DNA from: Eledone cirrhosa | Lineage: Eukaryota | Direction of reading: 5' to 3' | Length of the DNA stretch: 64,000 nt | Assembly: GCA_964016885.1 (NCBI GenBank) | Contig: OZ024741.1 | Coordinates: 114,204,001-114,268,000 of the forward strand | Part shown: in pieces, positions 38,661-51,424 of the stretch | Layout: each line of letters opens with the position of its first letter | Numbering within the stretch: position 1 is the stretch's first letter | Program-made: the position numbers and the translations under genes | Notes under the pieces: model-generated | The model's database searches: none | What the model was told of the DNA's origin: nothing | Seen by the model: the letters and a program-made list of their open reading frames with translations, nothing else

Positions 38661-38928
38661 GATATTTTAGTAAGTAAGTCAATTTTATAATTTTTTTTAT
38701 AATTTTATAATTTTCTTATCTTACGTCTCTCATATATATATATATATGTATATATATGCAAAAGTTCTATTTAAATTGTTGGGATACAACAAGCAAATAT
38801 TTTTATAACTGATATAATGCACTCAACAACTGATATAATGCACTCAACAACTGATATAATGCACCAACAGTAATGGTTGCATTTTTTAAGGGTATGTCAA
38901 TATTTATTTATAAAACTGATCTATATTG

Positions 38929-38993
38929 TATTTTGTCTGATGAAAGCACACCATAATTTAACGTGGTGTCCTTGAAATATGTATAATAAAATA
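38929..38993 (+). ncRNA. Type-I hammerhead ribozyme
   Basis: tattttgt-CTGATGA-aagcacacca..tggtgtcctt-GAAA-tatgtat-A-ataaaata: 8-bp stem I, long stem II, short stem III. Confidence 0.7.
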
Positions 38994-39033
38994 AATATGG
39001 TTTGATAAATATAGTTTCCATTTGTTAATATCG

Positions 39034-39068
<35 letters not shown>

Positions 39069-39203
39069 CGAAGGAAATGTGGTAAGGAACAAGATGGACC
39101 ATAATGCACCAAAGTACTCACCACTTAGGGTAGTAGAGTGGGTAATAGGAACAAGTATGACCCCGACGGCAGAGCTCAAGCCATTTTGATGGTTAATTCT
39201 GGA

Positions 39204-39271
<68 letters not shown>

Positions 39272-39340
39272 TTCGTTTCTGAATTTGTTTAGCAAGATTC
39301 TTTATATGTGTGTTGTTTCCTTAAGAAAGACACTTTATTT

Positions 39341-39387
<47 letters not shown>

Positions 39388-39395
<8 letters not shown>

Positions 39396-39693
39396 TCCTT
39401 GAGCAAGACACATTATTTCACATTGCTCCAGTTTACTCAGCTGTAGAAATGAGATGATAGGACTGGGGTCCTTATCATTCCACTGGAAAGTGGTCGTGCA
39501 GGTGCCACGGCAAAAAAGCACCAAGCCCACACTGTAAAGTGTAGGCGCCATGGAAAAAAAGCACCCAGCTCTCACTGTAAATGAGGTTGTTGTTAGGAAG
39601 GGCATCTAGCTGTAGAAATCAAGCCAGAATCAGTTCCCGTCCCACCCTTGCAAGCAGGGAAACCGGACGTAAAATGATGTTGATGATGATGAT
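39388..39693 (+). mobile_element. 5'-truncated SINE family 1
   Basis: Central block plus RTE-like tail; the central block start is duplicated at 39308-39343 across a TA tract. Confidence 0.8.
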
Positions 39694-39786
39694 ATATATA
39701 TAAACTATAATAAATTAATGAGTGCGGGACTGTATACGGTTTATTTCTTTTAATTCAGTTAGTAAAATAAGTTTTGGATTATTTTG

Positions 39787-40290
39787 AATAAATAATTGTT
39801 TCTACTTTTGGCACAAGGCCAGCAATTATTCCAGTGTATTACTGGTACTTTATTTTATCGACCCCGTAAGGATGAAAGGCAAAGTTAACCTCGGCGGGAT
39901 TTGAAATCAGATCGTGAAGAGCCGTAACTTTTTGCTGCAAAGCATGGCGTCCGACCCTCTACCGATACTGCCAATCCACTGCCCTTTGAATAAATAATTG
40001 TTTCTACTTTAGGCACAAGGCCAGCAATTACCCAGTGCATTACTGGTTCTTTATTTTATCGATCCCGTAAGGATGAAAGGCAAAGTCAACCTCGGCGGGA
40101 TTTGAACTCAGATCGTAAAGGGACGTAACTATGCTGGAAAGCATGGCGTCCGACCCTCTACCGATACTGCCAATCCACCGCCCTTATAAATAATTGTTTC
40201 TTCTATTGGCACAAGGCCAGCAATTATCCAGTACATTACTGGTACTTTATTTTATCGACCCCGTAAGGATGATAAACTAAAGTACCAGTA
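39787..40290 (-). mobile_element. Three stacked copies of tRNA-derived SINE family 2 (Nin-domain-like core, (ATT)n tail)
   Basis: Core GCCTTTCATCCTTACGGGGTCGATAAAATAAAGTACC on the minus strand; B box GTTCAAATCC; heads at 39984 and 40183. Confidence 0.85.
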
Positions 40291-40729
40291 ATGAATGAAT
40301 ATTACATAATTTATCTACTAAATTTCGTAGCTGTTGATTAAATATATTTTATTGCTTATTTGCAGATTCACTTCTTTAAAATTTTCAAATGTCAACACTT
40401 CCAGTTAGCGATCGCTTAAATAAACATTCATATATTTCCATCACTAATTTTTTTCTAATGCAGTTTATATAAAATATCTTCTTTTTTTAACGCAGTCTTC
40501 GTTCAATTTCTGTTTATATTGTCAATTATGATTTTATTTGATGTATCATATCTACATGCATATATACTTGTGTATAATATCAATATACACACTACACATG
40601 GTAGTAGAAAACCACCCGAAGGGTGATCTTTCTGCTAGTGTATGTAAAAAGTAAACAGAAATAAAACAATTGGTACAGTATATGGAAGGAATATATATTA
40701 GTATAACGCTTGCAATAGCAGGAAGAGAG

Positions 40730-40765
40730 TCTTAACGTTTCGGGCACTAGTCCTTCATCAGAAGA
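40730..40765 (-). ncRNA. Minimal PLE-type hammerhead motif
   Basis: Minus strand tctt-CTGATGA-aggactagtgccc-GAAA-cgt-T-aaga; palindromic ACGT stem III. Confidence 0.65.
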
Positions 40766-41364
40766 AAGAACGAGAAATTAGAAAGATTGTAGGGACGAGC
40801 AGGGCGGAATCAGAAAACATGTCTTTAGAGAAAAATAACAGGACCATTTATATTTCCATTTCTTGCAAAACTGACGATGCTGGCGTTTTGTGTATGATAT
40901 ATATATATTTAGAAAAGCGAATCTACCTGAAATGGGGAAAAAAAAAAACGTTTTGTATATAGAGCTATGTGTGTGCGTGTGCATGTGTGAGTGTGTGTGT
41001 GTGTGTTATTGTACGCCTGTACGAAGCTAAGAGGATATTTGTGTGTATATGTAAGTAAAATAAGTGTGTGTGCTTGTAAGTACAAAGCTGTGAGCAAAAG
41101 TATGTTAATAAAAGGGAGTGTGTGTGTGTGTATACAGAGCTGTGAAAGGAAAAGTATGTGTGTATACAGAGATGTGAAAGGAAAAGAAGGTGTGTGTGCA
41201 TATTTTGTTTGTCTGTATCAGCTGTAAGTGTTTTGGACCATAAATGAGCCATAGGAATCTAGGGGTGAATGTACAAGCACATCTGTGATAACGGACGGGG
41301 TCAAACAGTAGAGAAGTATGCACGAACGTGTATGTGTAATATTAAAGAAATTGGGGAGGAGAGT

Positions 41365-42190
41365 TGACCTCAACCTTTTAGCCTGAGAGCAGAAAGCCCT
41401 TAGATGGGTTCCTTCACCTCAAACGTCACACCTAGGCCTTCTGCCATCGACGATTACGGTGAGGTGGCTGCCGTCAGCGGGGGTGAGGCTGACCCTGTAC
41501 CTATCTTTCTTTACCATTCTCTTGGCTTCATCTAATTCCTCCTGACTTACCTGGATTGCTTCGCACTTTTTTGCTAATCTGGCAAAAGACAGGGTGGTTT
41601 TCTTATTCTCATTGTTGTTGTTGCTGTTGCTGTTGTTGTTATCGTTATTTTTGTTATTGTTATTTTTTTAGTTTCAGTTGTGGTGGTGGTGGCGTCAGTG
41701 GTGTTCGGTGGGGAAGAGTCCATTCTGGGTGAATCCATTTCGATATCACGAGATAATTTATTTTTTTCTTTTGTTTCTGTTGTCGCTGTGGTGGTGGTGG
41801 CTTCAACACCTGCAGTCATTGGTAATGGCGGGAAATGAATGTCTGCATGAGACAAATTTAAATTATTGCTACTGCTTATATTTTTAGTGTTGGCAAACGT
41901 AGTAATATTTACAATGGTGGTGTCGGTGTGAGGTGTTAGTTTGTGAGGAAGGTGTGACTGTGAGTCGTCCATGATTTTTTTCAAAGAAATTCTTTTTTCT
42001 TTGATAATTATAAAAGTTTAAATTTTGGGCTCAAGGCCCCAATCTTTTTGAGTGTCCTTTTCCGAAAGCAAATTTTGTGACCTTATAAATAGTTAACAAC
42101 AAAATTTTTCCATAAATGGCAATTTTAAACAAACGAAAACAACAAACCTTTGCGGAGCTCACGATGATACGATTTCCTATGTAGGTCGCC
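41365..42190 (-). pseudogene. 5' part of an L1/Tx1-like LINE: ORF1 remnant with CCHC zinc knuckle
   Basis: Thr-rich N-terminus (41574-41984), then VIVDGRRPRCDV*GEGTHLRAFC (CX2CX4HX4C with a stop at Cys2) at ~41388-41457. Confidence 0.6.
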
Positions 42191-42191
<1 letters not shown>

Positions 42192-42226
<35 letters not shown>

Positions 42227-42377
42227 TGTTTCTACTTTTGGCACAAGGCCAGCAATTACCCAGTACATTACTAGTACTTTATTTTATCGACCTCGGCGGG
42301 ATTTGAACTCAGATCGTAAAGAGATGTAACTAGGCTGGAAAGCATGTCCGACCTTCTACCGATACTGCCAATCCACA
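42192..42377 (-). mobile_element. SINE family 2 copy with internal deletion
   Basis: Long (AAT)n tract and same body as 58344-58533. Confidence 0.85.
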
Positions 42378-44929
42378 ACGACTGAATGGTCAAATTAAGG
42401 AAATGAGAAAAGACATTGGAAAGCTTGAGTCCTTACTGAATGGGACATTACAAAACATAGACACTAAAGATAGATTGGAAATAAAGTACAAAACTAGAGG
42501 GAAAAAGCTAAATATTATCATAGAGGAACTGAAGCAACACATTGTAGCAAAAAGTGCAAAGATTAGGCAGTATGAGAGCAGAGTCAGTCAGTATAGACAG
42601 AACTGCATGTTTGACAACAACCAGAAGATGTTGTTTGAACAGCTTGAAGGGAAAGAAAGAGGCAACAACTTGATCCCTGAGGCGGAACAGACTAAGACAT
42701 TCTGGAGAGGAATATGGGAGCAGGATGTTGAACATAATAGTCAGGCAGTGTGGATTGAGACAGTTCAAAAGGAGATTAGTGAACAAGTACACCAACAACC
42801 TGATTTGAGTATCACAGTTGAAACTCTTAAAGGGCAGGCCAAAAAACTAACCAACTGGAAATCACTAGGCCCAGATGGTGTGCAAGGGTATTGGATTAAA
42901 AATATAACATCCCTCCACCCAAAACTGACAACCATGTTCAATGACTGCTTGATGTCAGGTGAGGTACCAGAGTGGTTGACAAAAGGTACCACCGTTCTGG
43001 TAATGAATCAAGGGTAATGATGTTACCAACTATAGGCCTATCACATGTCTGTCCGTAATGTGGAAGCTGTTAACATGCATTGTGTCTGAGGAAATCTACC
43101 ATCACCTCCACATAAACAACTTGTTACCGGACGAACAGAAAGGATGCCGAAAGAAGTCCTGTGGTACAAAAGACCAGTTACTTATTAATAAGATGGTAAT
43201 GAGGAATTGCAAGAGGAGACACACTGGTCTTGCCATGGGATGGATAGATTACAAAAAGGTATTCGACATGGTACCTCATTCTTGGATAACCAAAATCCTA
43301 GAGATCTTCAAGGTGGCAGATAACATCAGACAGTTGTTGAGCAAAAGTATGAAGTCCTGGGAAACAGAGTTAACATCGGGTGGAGAATCCTTGGGAGGCG
43401 TGAAGATCAAGAGAGGTATCTTCCAGGGAGATAGTTTGTCCCCTCTGTTGTTTGTCCTTGCCCTGGTACCCCCAGACCGTTATATTGCAAAAAGTGAGAG
43501 CAGGATACAAGTTGGGAAAGGGAGAGCTTACCATCAATCACCTCCTCTTCATGGACGATCTTAAACTCTTTGGGAAGAGTGAGAAGGAGTTGGATGCACT
43601 TGTTGACACTGTCCGTATTTTCAGCAATGATATATGTATGGAATTTAGTATTAATAAGTGTGGAGTCCTATTGATGAAGAGGGGTAAATTGAGCAGAAGC
43701 AACGGAATTCAGGTATCAACAGGTGAGATGATAAAGGAAATTGCCACTGAAGAGGGATACAAATATATATAAATAGTAGGAACGTCATAAGTGCAGTGAA
43801 TTCCCGAGCTGTGTTTATTATTAGTTACAGTGCGGGAATTCTGAAATGGAATGTTGCTGAACAAAAAGAAATGGATAGGAAGGCTAGGAAGCTATTGACT
43901 ATCTACAACATGTTCTACAAGAGGAGTGATGTCGATAGAGTACTTAAAGAGATCTGAAGGTGGAAGAGGTCTTATCAGCATAGAGGACTGTGTTCAGATG
44001 GAGAAAAACAACCTACACAAATACATGACCGACAGTAGGGAGCCAATGCTCAAAATTGTACTGAAGGAGAAGACAATAGACCAGGGGATGTCCAAGGAGG
44101 AAGAGCAACCTTCATGAAAAATCCCTTCATAGTACCTTCTTTAGGAAAACTGAATTTAGAGATCCACAGACATGGAACTGGTTAAAAAGAGGAGACCTTA
44201 AACAAGCTAGAGAAGGAATGCTAATGGCTGCACAAGAGCAAGCCCTCAGAACGAAGTGGGTGAAACACCATATTTACAAGGAGGAGGCTAGCTCACTGTG
44301 TAGGATCTGTGGAGTGAGGAGACTGTGGCTCACATTGTATCTGAGTGTAAACACCTAGCCCAGACTCACTATAAAGGCTGGAGACATGATGTGATGGGCA
44401 GGGTGATCCACTGGCACCTATGCAAACTAAACAATTCACCACATTCTGAGAAGTGGTATGAGCATAAGCCAGAGGCGGTGATAGAAAACGATCAGGTGAA
44501 GGTGCTATGAGATTTTAGGATACAGACGGACAATAAACTGGAACACAATAGGCCTGACCTGGTGGTTTTGGACAAAGAAAAAAGATCGTGCCTGATTGTG
44601 GATGTGGCCTGCCATTTGACACGAGAGTGCAAGAGGAGAGGCAGAAAATTGACCGATACCAGGACTTAAAGTGGGAGGTAAAAAGGATTTGGAACTGCCA
44701 TGAAGTCAAAGTGGTCCCGATTGTCATAGAGTTTCCAAGGATGGTTAAAGAAGATTAGTCCAGCCCTGCTTTTTGGAACACTTCAAAAGGCATGCTTGCT
44801 GGGAACAGCAAGAACCCTCCGATATGTCCTGAATATCTGAGGGTGCAGGTAGCAGCATGATATTCATTTCAACAAACTTTCCAGTTGAATAACATCAATG
44901 ACTGACACTCAAAGGATAATAATAATAAT
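42378..44929 (+). mobile_element. Second R4/Dong-clade LINE (different family), 5'-truncated
   Basis: [55 protein letters not shown]; ends in (TAA)n. Confidence 0.9.
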
Positions 44930-44937
44930 GACGATTC

Positions 44938-45336
44938 GGCCGCCACACCCGCCGCCACACCCGCCGCCACAGCCGCTGCCACAGCCGCCGCCACAGCTGC
45001 CGCCACAGCTGACGACACCGCCACAGCTGACGACACCGCCACAGCTGACGACACCGCCACACCCACCGCCACAGCCGCCGCAACAGCTGACGCCGCCGCC
45101 ACAGCTGACGCCACCGCCACAGCTGACGCCGCTGCCACAGCTGATGCCGCTGCCACAGCTGACGACACCGCCGCAGCTGACGCCACAGCCGCAGCTGACG
45201 CCGCCACCACAACCGCCGACGTGCCACAGCTGCCGCCGCCGCCACAACCGCCAACATGCCGCAGCTGACGCTGCCGCCACAACCGCCGACGTGCCACAGC
45301 TGCCGCCGCCACAGCCGCAGCTGACGCCGCCGCCGC
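44938..45336. repeat. GC-rich minisatellite (12/18-bp variants of CCGCCACAGCTGACGACA)
   Basis: Direct reading; lies between two (AAT)n tracts. Confidence 0.9.
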
Positions 45337-48144
45337 ATGACACAAGCCAAATAATAATAACAATTTCTAATATATATAGGCACAAGGCTAATAATTTTTG
45401 TAGGAGTAGAAAGCCAATTAAATTGACCCTAGTATGTGACTGGTTATTTTATTAATCCCGCTGGTGATGACGGTGACAATGATAATGAAAATCACTGCCT
45501 AGGATTTTCAAATAATTAAAAAGATAATACTACATTTGAAGAGATTTAGAAATATAATTAAGTTTCTCCTTATTAAACTGCTTCTTGGGCTGTAACATAA
45601 TAAAGGTTCTTACTTAAAAGTATGATAAAAGGTTTTTAGATCAATATAAACATTTTAAAACAAACAGCTTTGTATCAGAGAACCAGGAGCAGTTTCAGAT
45701 GGTTTCTATGTATTTTGAACTATATAAAATTATCAAATGAGCTTATATTTTGAGCTAATAAGGCAGTCTCTGTGTGGTTGCTTCATCTGCTATAAACAGC
45801 AGTGAAATTACTTAAATTATGTCTAACTGTCTTAAAAAAGGAAGGATGCATTGGACAATGTAGTCATAGATACACACACACAAATGGGATGGTCATAACT
45901 GGAATATGACTGCTCAATCAGGGTTGACATGGTGTTCAAGCCACATTACTAATAACATTTAGTATCAATTCATGTCTGTATAGAAACTATGGGTTATGGT
46001 GCACACACACATATATATATGTCTGTCTTTCCATTTTTTTTTGTGTTTTGCACCCCGCAATTTGAATTCATATTCTAAAGACTTAGCCATGTAGGTTTTT
46101 GTTTTTTTAAATTATCACACCACCTTGTCTGTCTTACCTTTTCTATGCCTCGGTGTCATTTTTCTTTGTCTGCACATTAGACTGCAGTCCATATTATTAT
46201 CTTCTGTTTTTCTATTTCTTTCTTTCTATATTATTTTTTCTCCTTAACTAAGCCCTAATGCATCATTCTCTCCCTTCTTTGTCTGTTCACAGGCTTGAGA
46301 TTCTTTTTCATCTGTATTTGTGTTATTTACTGACAGTGATAATTTGTCCTGTCTTTGTCCCTATCTGTTTTATTATGTCCCAATGTGCACTGGAATGATG
46401 GTATCAATGTTAATGCACCAAAACTGTAGTGATTACCAGAGGTTGACTGAGGAGATGGGACTGTCTTTCTTTCCATTGTTTTTTCCATTGCCTTTGTCCT
46501 GTGAACCTCCTATTTTGTATATATATATATCACCATCATTTAACACCTATTTTTCCCTGCTAGCAAGGGTTGGGCAGGATGTCACAGACTGAGTCTCAAG
46601 CAGAATTAATCACCTCTCAGATGGGCAGGGGTCCTGCATCTCATATATGTATATATATATTTATATATATGCACACACACACAAACACACATACATGCAT
46701 ATATATAGATAGATATAGATATATGGGCCAAAAGTAGAAACAATTATTAAGCTAGTAATTAGGGCAGGGTATTGACAGAGTTTATAAAGTATCAAAATAC
46801 ATGGTTTATGGCATATAGTTAAGTCCCTTTACATTCCGAGTTCAAATCCTACTGAGGTTAGCTTTGCTTTTCTTTTCTTCTTTAAGGCGTTGATGAAATA
46901 AAGTACCAGTGACACACTGGGTTTGGTTTAATTGACTTTCCCCTCCTCCAAAATTGTTGGCCTTGTACCTAAATCAGAAACCATTATTAAGCTGGTAATT
47001 GGAAAATAATTTAATAGAGATTTTACATGAAATTATGACGGAAGGCTCTTAAATAAATATATACACTTTAAAACAAACAGTTTTACATCATAAAACTAGG
47101 ACAGGTCTCATGAGGTTTAGTATCAAAAGGGCTAATTTGAATCTTAGCAGCCATTTTGAATTGTTGCAATTGCAGAGAAGAAGAAGCTTAACTGAGCTGA
47201 AGAAAAGAACTAATAAACCTGAAAGGACACAAAAAAAGAAAAAGAAAAAAAAGAGGCTGATAGATACAGCCGATCATAGGTTTGTTCAATCAAGGTTGAA
47301 TTTGTATTCAACCAACAATAGCAACATTTACTTTTATTAACATTTATAATAAAAGTGAGAAAGACGAAATATTTCAGAACTAAAATTACATCTGTAATAT
47401 CTTCAGAACTCTCTCCTTCCTTATATGTTTAGCTGGATTCTGTAAATTATTGCAGGGGAAACTTTTTTCTTGTCACTCTTAAAAGGATGTTATGTACATG
47501 ACATGCATAAAGTGTACTGTGACATGAAGTAAATTTGCTCTCTTAAAATTTCTGTGGCCATTTGGAGTGCTGGCTTCATAGGAAGGTGAAGCTTAACTTA
47601 GCTGAGAACAGAGCTAATAAACCTAAAGGCACTTAAGAAGACATTCACTTGACAAGATAAATAAGAGAAATAAAAGTAATAAAAATTTGAAACTTTAAAT
47701 AAAACTATTGGTTAATTTTCTGGAGGAAGGATAAACCTGGAGATATAAAGTTGTTTCATTCTAATTTCATTGAGGAAGAGAATGTTGAAGCCTGGATTTA
47801 TCTGTCATTGACAAGAAAAACTGCAAATAAAGCCATTCAATTACTTTTATTAGTTTCATTAAAAACATAAGGCAATATCTTATCAATGTTTAAAAGCTGT
47901 CAGCAAAGAGCCATGAAAGTTCTGCTCTGAATTATAACTCTCAGGTTGGTCTAGAACATTGGAATTTACATTGCAATAACAAACATATGGAAATGGTTAC
48001 TGGATGTTGAAATTTCTATACACACTGACACACACACATGTATATACACTGGTATCTTCATATCTATGGTAGGGCCAATAACACTGTTAGAACTCTAACT
48101 CTAACGGGATCAGGTAATGAGAGTTTCTATTTTTGTAGTAGGCT

Positions 48145-48330
48145 TTCATTTGGCAGTATCAGTAGAGGGTTGGATGCCATGCTTTCTAGCATAATTACAT
48201 CCCTTTATGGTCTGAATTCAAATCCCGTTGAGGTTAACTTTGCCTTTCATCTTTACAGGGTCGATAAAATAAAGTACCAGTAATGTACTGGGTAATTGCT
48301 GGCCTTGTGCCAAAAAGTAGAAGCAATTAT
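48145..48330 (+). mobile_element. Older SINE family 2 copy
   Basis: Diverged match to 58601-58790; other old or partial copies at 32530-32655, 46760-46990, 55225-55395. Confidence 0.8.
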
Positions 48331-48377
48331 ATTGGATTCCATTGAGCATTCACACAATCTACAAGGTTATATATATA

Positions 48378-48624
48378 TGTTGAACAATAAAAACAAAAGG
48401 CAAAGTTTAATGGTTAATTAGTTCACTGTTTTACAATTGTTTCAGAAGGTTGATTGATCATGATAAATCGATATAGTAACTAATCGATAGTAGTTCTGTA
48501 ATTCCATATTATTTGTCTCAATACAATAGATCCATCTCACAGTCATTGTCAGAAAGAATCTTATGATTATAAAACAATGAACTGATTAAGCACTAAATTT
48601 CACCTTTTGTTTTCATTGTTCAAC
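48378..48624. mobile_element. Old inverted-repeat element with a decayed hammerhead core
   Basis: ~60-bp inverted repeats 48378-48437 / 48566-48624; minus strand CTGACAA...GAAACAATTGTA. Confidence 0.5.
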
Positions 48625-50269
48625 AGCCCTTCTTTTATACATGTCTTGTTTGAGACTTTCCTGTATCAGTTTCTTTATTGGAACTTTCTCATGACAGTTC
48701 ATTTGGAATAACAAGTTTCCTTAGTCCATAAATTTGTCAATGTTTCTAGACCTTCATGGTCTCATCACTAGGAATGTTATTATTTTTATTGCCTCTTTTA
48801 TTTCATGAAGTTATATGCAGTTCTTACTTCAGTTTTCATACTGGAATTTATATCTTAAAAAAAAGTGTTTAATCATAGAGGCAATGTTAGATTGCAATTT
48901 AGTGCCAAGATAAATATTTAGTATAATGTCAACATGAACACATTATGAGCACATAACTTGAGATGTGCTGTACCTTTGCCATGGGTTGGCTTGGTGTCAC
49001 AGAAATTGTGGATATACTTTGACTCAATCAAATCACAGATTTGTTTCATTAGAGTCTACCACCTTTCTACCAGTAATATAGTAGTACAACAGCACTCAGG
49101 AAGACAATGGACCAAATTTACATCATCTCTTCTAAAAATTGCCTTCTACCTTACAAAGGACCAACTCCTTTCTGAATATAAAAATCACCATCACCATTTT
49201 ACATATATTTCCATGTTTGCTTGCTTAGATTGGCTGTCATATACTGAGTTTAGACTTGTCTGGTAACTATGTTTTGCTCATATGCTCCATTTTTGGCTTG
49301 GTTTCTACAGTGCCATTTCTAATGCCAATCCCCTTGCAGCATTTAATGGGAGGATTTTATTGTGACTCTGGCACTACCACCTTACAAGATGGACCAGGTG
49401 CTTTTTGTCATACAGCTTTTCAGGGTTGAGTAGGTGCTTTTTTGTAGCACCAGCACTACCATCTTCCAGTGTAGACTGGGCTCTTTTATTGTGGCAGCAC
49501 TTACAAAAATTCATATTGAAACATGATTGGAAGAATCATTATGACTTTAGAATAAAAGCCTGCAGTGTTTAGTGCAATGTTGCATAGTAATGATACACGA
49601 GAAGAAGATATGGGAAGATCAGAAAGAAATGAACAGAGCATGCTCCATTGGATGTGTAATGTTAATGTGTATGATTGGTGACATACAGATAATTTGAGAG
49701 AAAAAAGCTGAGCAAAATCATACAATCTACCTTTAGAGAGAGAATCCTTTCATTGCCACATTCATATTTTTGAAAATATGACATCTGCATATAGATTGTC
49801 TTACCATTAGCTGTAGTAGGGTTTTAACTCTTAAAAGTAAAATCCAACACTTCAATATCATAACCATGATTCTTTTAATCTATGACTTCAGTGATATAAC
49901 TCATTTATGCTTCGTTGTTTATGTGAATATAATTAATGTTAGTGTTCTGTGGTTTCCTAAATTTACAATTTAGTTTGTTGTATACTATATAGGAAGAAAG
50001 AAAAGAGGAAGGAAAAAGGCATACTCTACACCCTATTTAGATAGTATAACTCATCTGTGTCCTGCAAACAAGATGGCAAAATCATTACCATGGAGAAAAG
50101 TGAATGATATCTGCTGCATCTCATGGGACTCATTCCACAGTGGGGGATGCATTTCTCCCAATTTTGTGGAGGAAAACAGCAATCCGTTATAATGTTAATG
50201 TATATAGTTCTTTGTCTTTTATTGCTCCTAAATAGTTTTTATAATGTTATTATTGCTTTATTTTCCAAG

Positions 50270-50349
50270 TTGTAATCAGAATGAATTGATAAAGACTGCT
50301 TTGATTTTGGCTCAAACCTACTCACATCTTGCAGATGAAGATGCTTATG
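50270..50349 (+). CDS. TTC23: Internal exon of TTC23-like gene (T+CNQNELIKTALILAQTYSHLADEDAY+G)
   Basis: ttttccaag acceptor, GTAAGT donor at 50350, 80 nt; phases match both neighbouring exons. Confidence 0.85.
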
Positions 50350-51424
50350 GTAAGTTGAAATAACTATTTTTTTCATAAATCATGGGATACGCTGAATGTT
50401 CACATACAGTTTCTCTAACAAGGAGGGAGTACATTGACAAAGTCATTAGACACCTACTTCTCCCATGCTTCCATGAGCCAAATAGGCTGCCACATTCTGA
50501 GACTAGGCTGAACAGGAGACCACACCTAGTTTAAACATTCCATTCTTGGTTTGGCTTGGTTTCCCTTGTCAGATGCCTTTCCTAGATCTAACCAAGCATT
50601 TTGGCATGGTAAATGGGGGTGGGGGTGATGTCCAGTCTTCTATGTTGGCATGGGATGGATTGTGGGGACATCTGTCTTTGTATATTGGCATGGGTTGGGC
50701 TGGGTCAGTAGGAGGTGATGGGTCAGTAGAAGGTGATGAAAGTGAGGGTGTGGTTCGGCTGTCTTTCCATGTTGGAAGAAGTTGGATGAGAGGAGAGGGA
50801 GGGCTGTCCTTCAATGATGATAAGAGTTGCTGTTGGATGTACAAGGTAGGGTGGTGATGGAGGAAGTGAGTGGAGTAAGTCTAAGGTGGGGCATTTAGAA
50901 AATGAGGGGATTAAAATGACTCCCATGCTGTAATTGTTTTAGTTTCAATACATGGATCTCAGATTAAGTCAGTTGCCTGATAAGTACAACTGCAAAATCC
51001 TGTTTCTGATTTTCAATTGCATTTGAAGATAACAAGAATTTAAAACAACTTTTTCTTATATAAAATTTATGATTATAGTCTAGATTTAAATATGAACATT
51101 TTAAAACAAACAGCCCTGTATCATTGAACCTGGTTTGGAGTCAGAAAGTTTAATATTATAGTCAGAGGATAAAGAGCCATGCTAAGTTTCCTTCTTAGAG
51201 AGTAACATTATTATGAAGACATTATCCTCAAATCAGAGACCTGGCTGGAATACTTGCAACAGATTTTATTTCACTAAACGCTCTCAAGAGCAATGTTAAA
51301 CTGGACAACTAATTAAGTCTACCACCCAAGCCTCTTCCACACAGTTTTCATCTCCCAAATTCCACTTACTTAGAGTCATGGTAGAAGATATTTTTCCAAG
51401 GTACTCAAAACCTTTTGGTATTAA

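Larger units (their letters stand above)
37803..38735. mobile_element. ORF-less hammerhead-bearing element with inverted 5' copy (~545-bp unit)
   Basis: 37803-37924 is inverted at 38177-38298, and 37912-38176 at 38467-38733; flanked by TA tracts. Confidence 0.85.

Noticed and set aside
38808-38868. Three 21-bp repeats containing TATAAT (promoter- or CRISPR-like)
   Set aside because: Head-to-tail with no spacers, eukaryotic context, no cas genes.
44869-45455. Pro/Gln-, Ala- and Gly/Cys-rich ORFs resembling extensin or keratin-associated proteins
   Set aside because: By-products of a GC-rich minisatellite lacking stop codons.
47720-47870. Open stretch with NKAIQLL resembling a TPR helix
   Set aside because: No splice donor, and the 27213 exon already joins 50270 in frame.
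50335-50349. Possible 15-nt micro-exon (ttgcag...gtaagt)
   Set aside because: The longer 80-nt exon from 50270 gives the correct phase and TTC23-like sequence.
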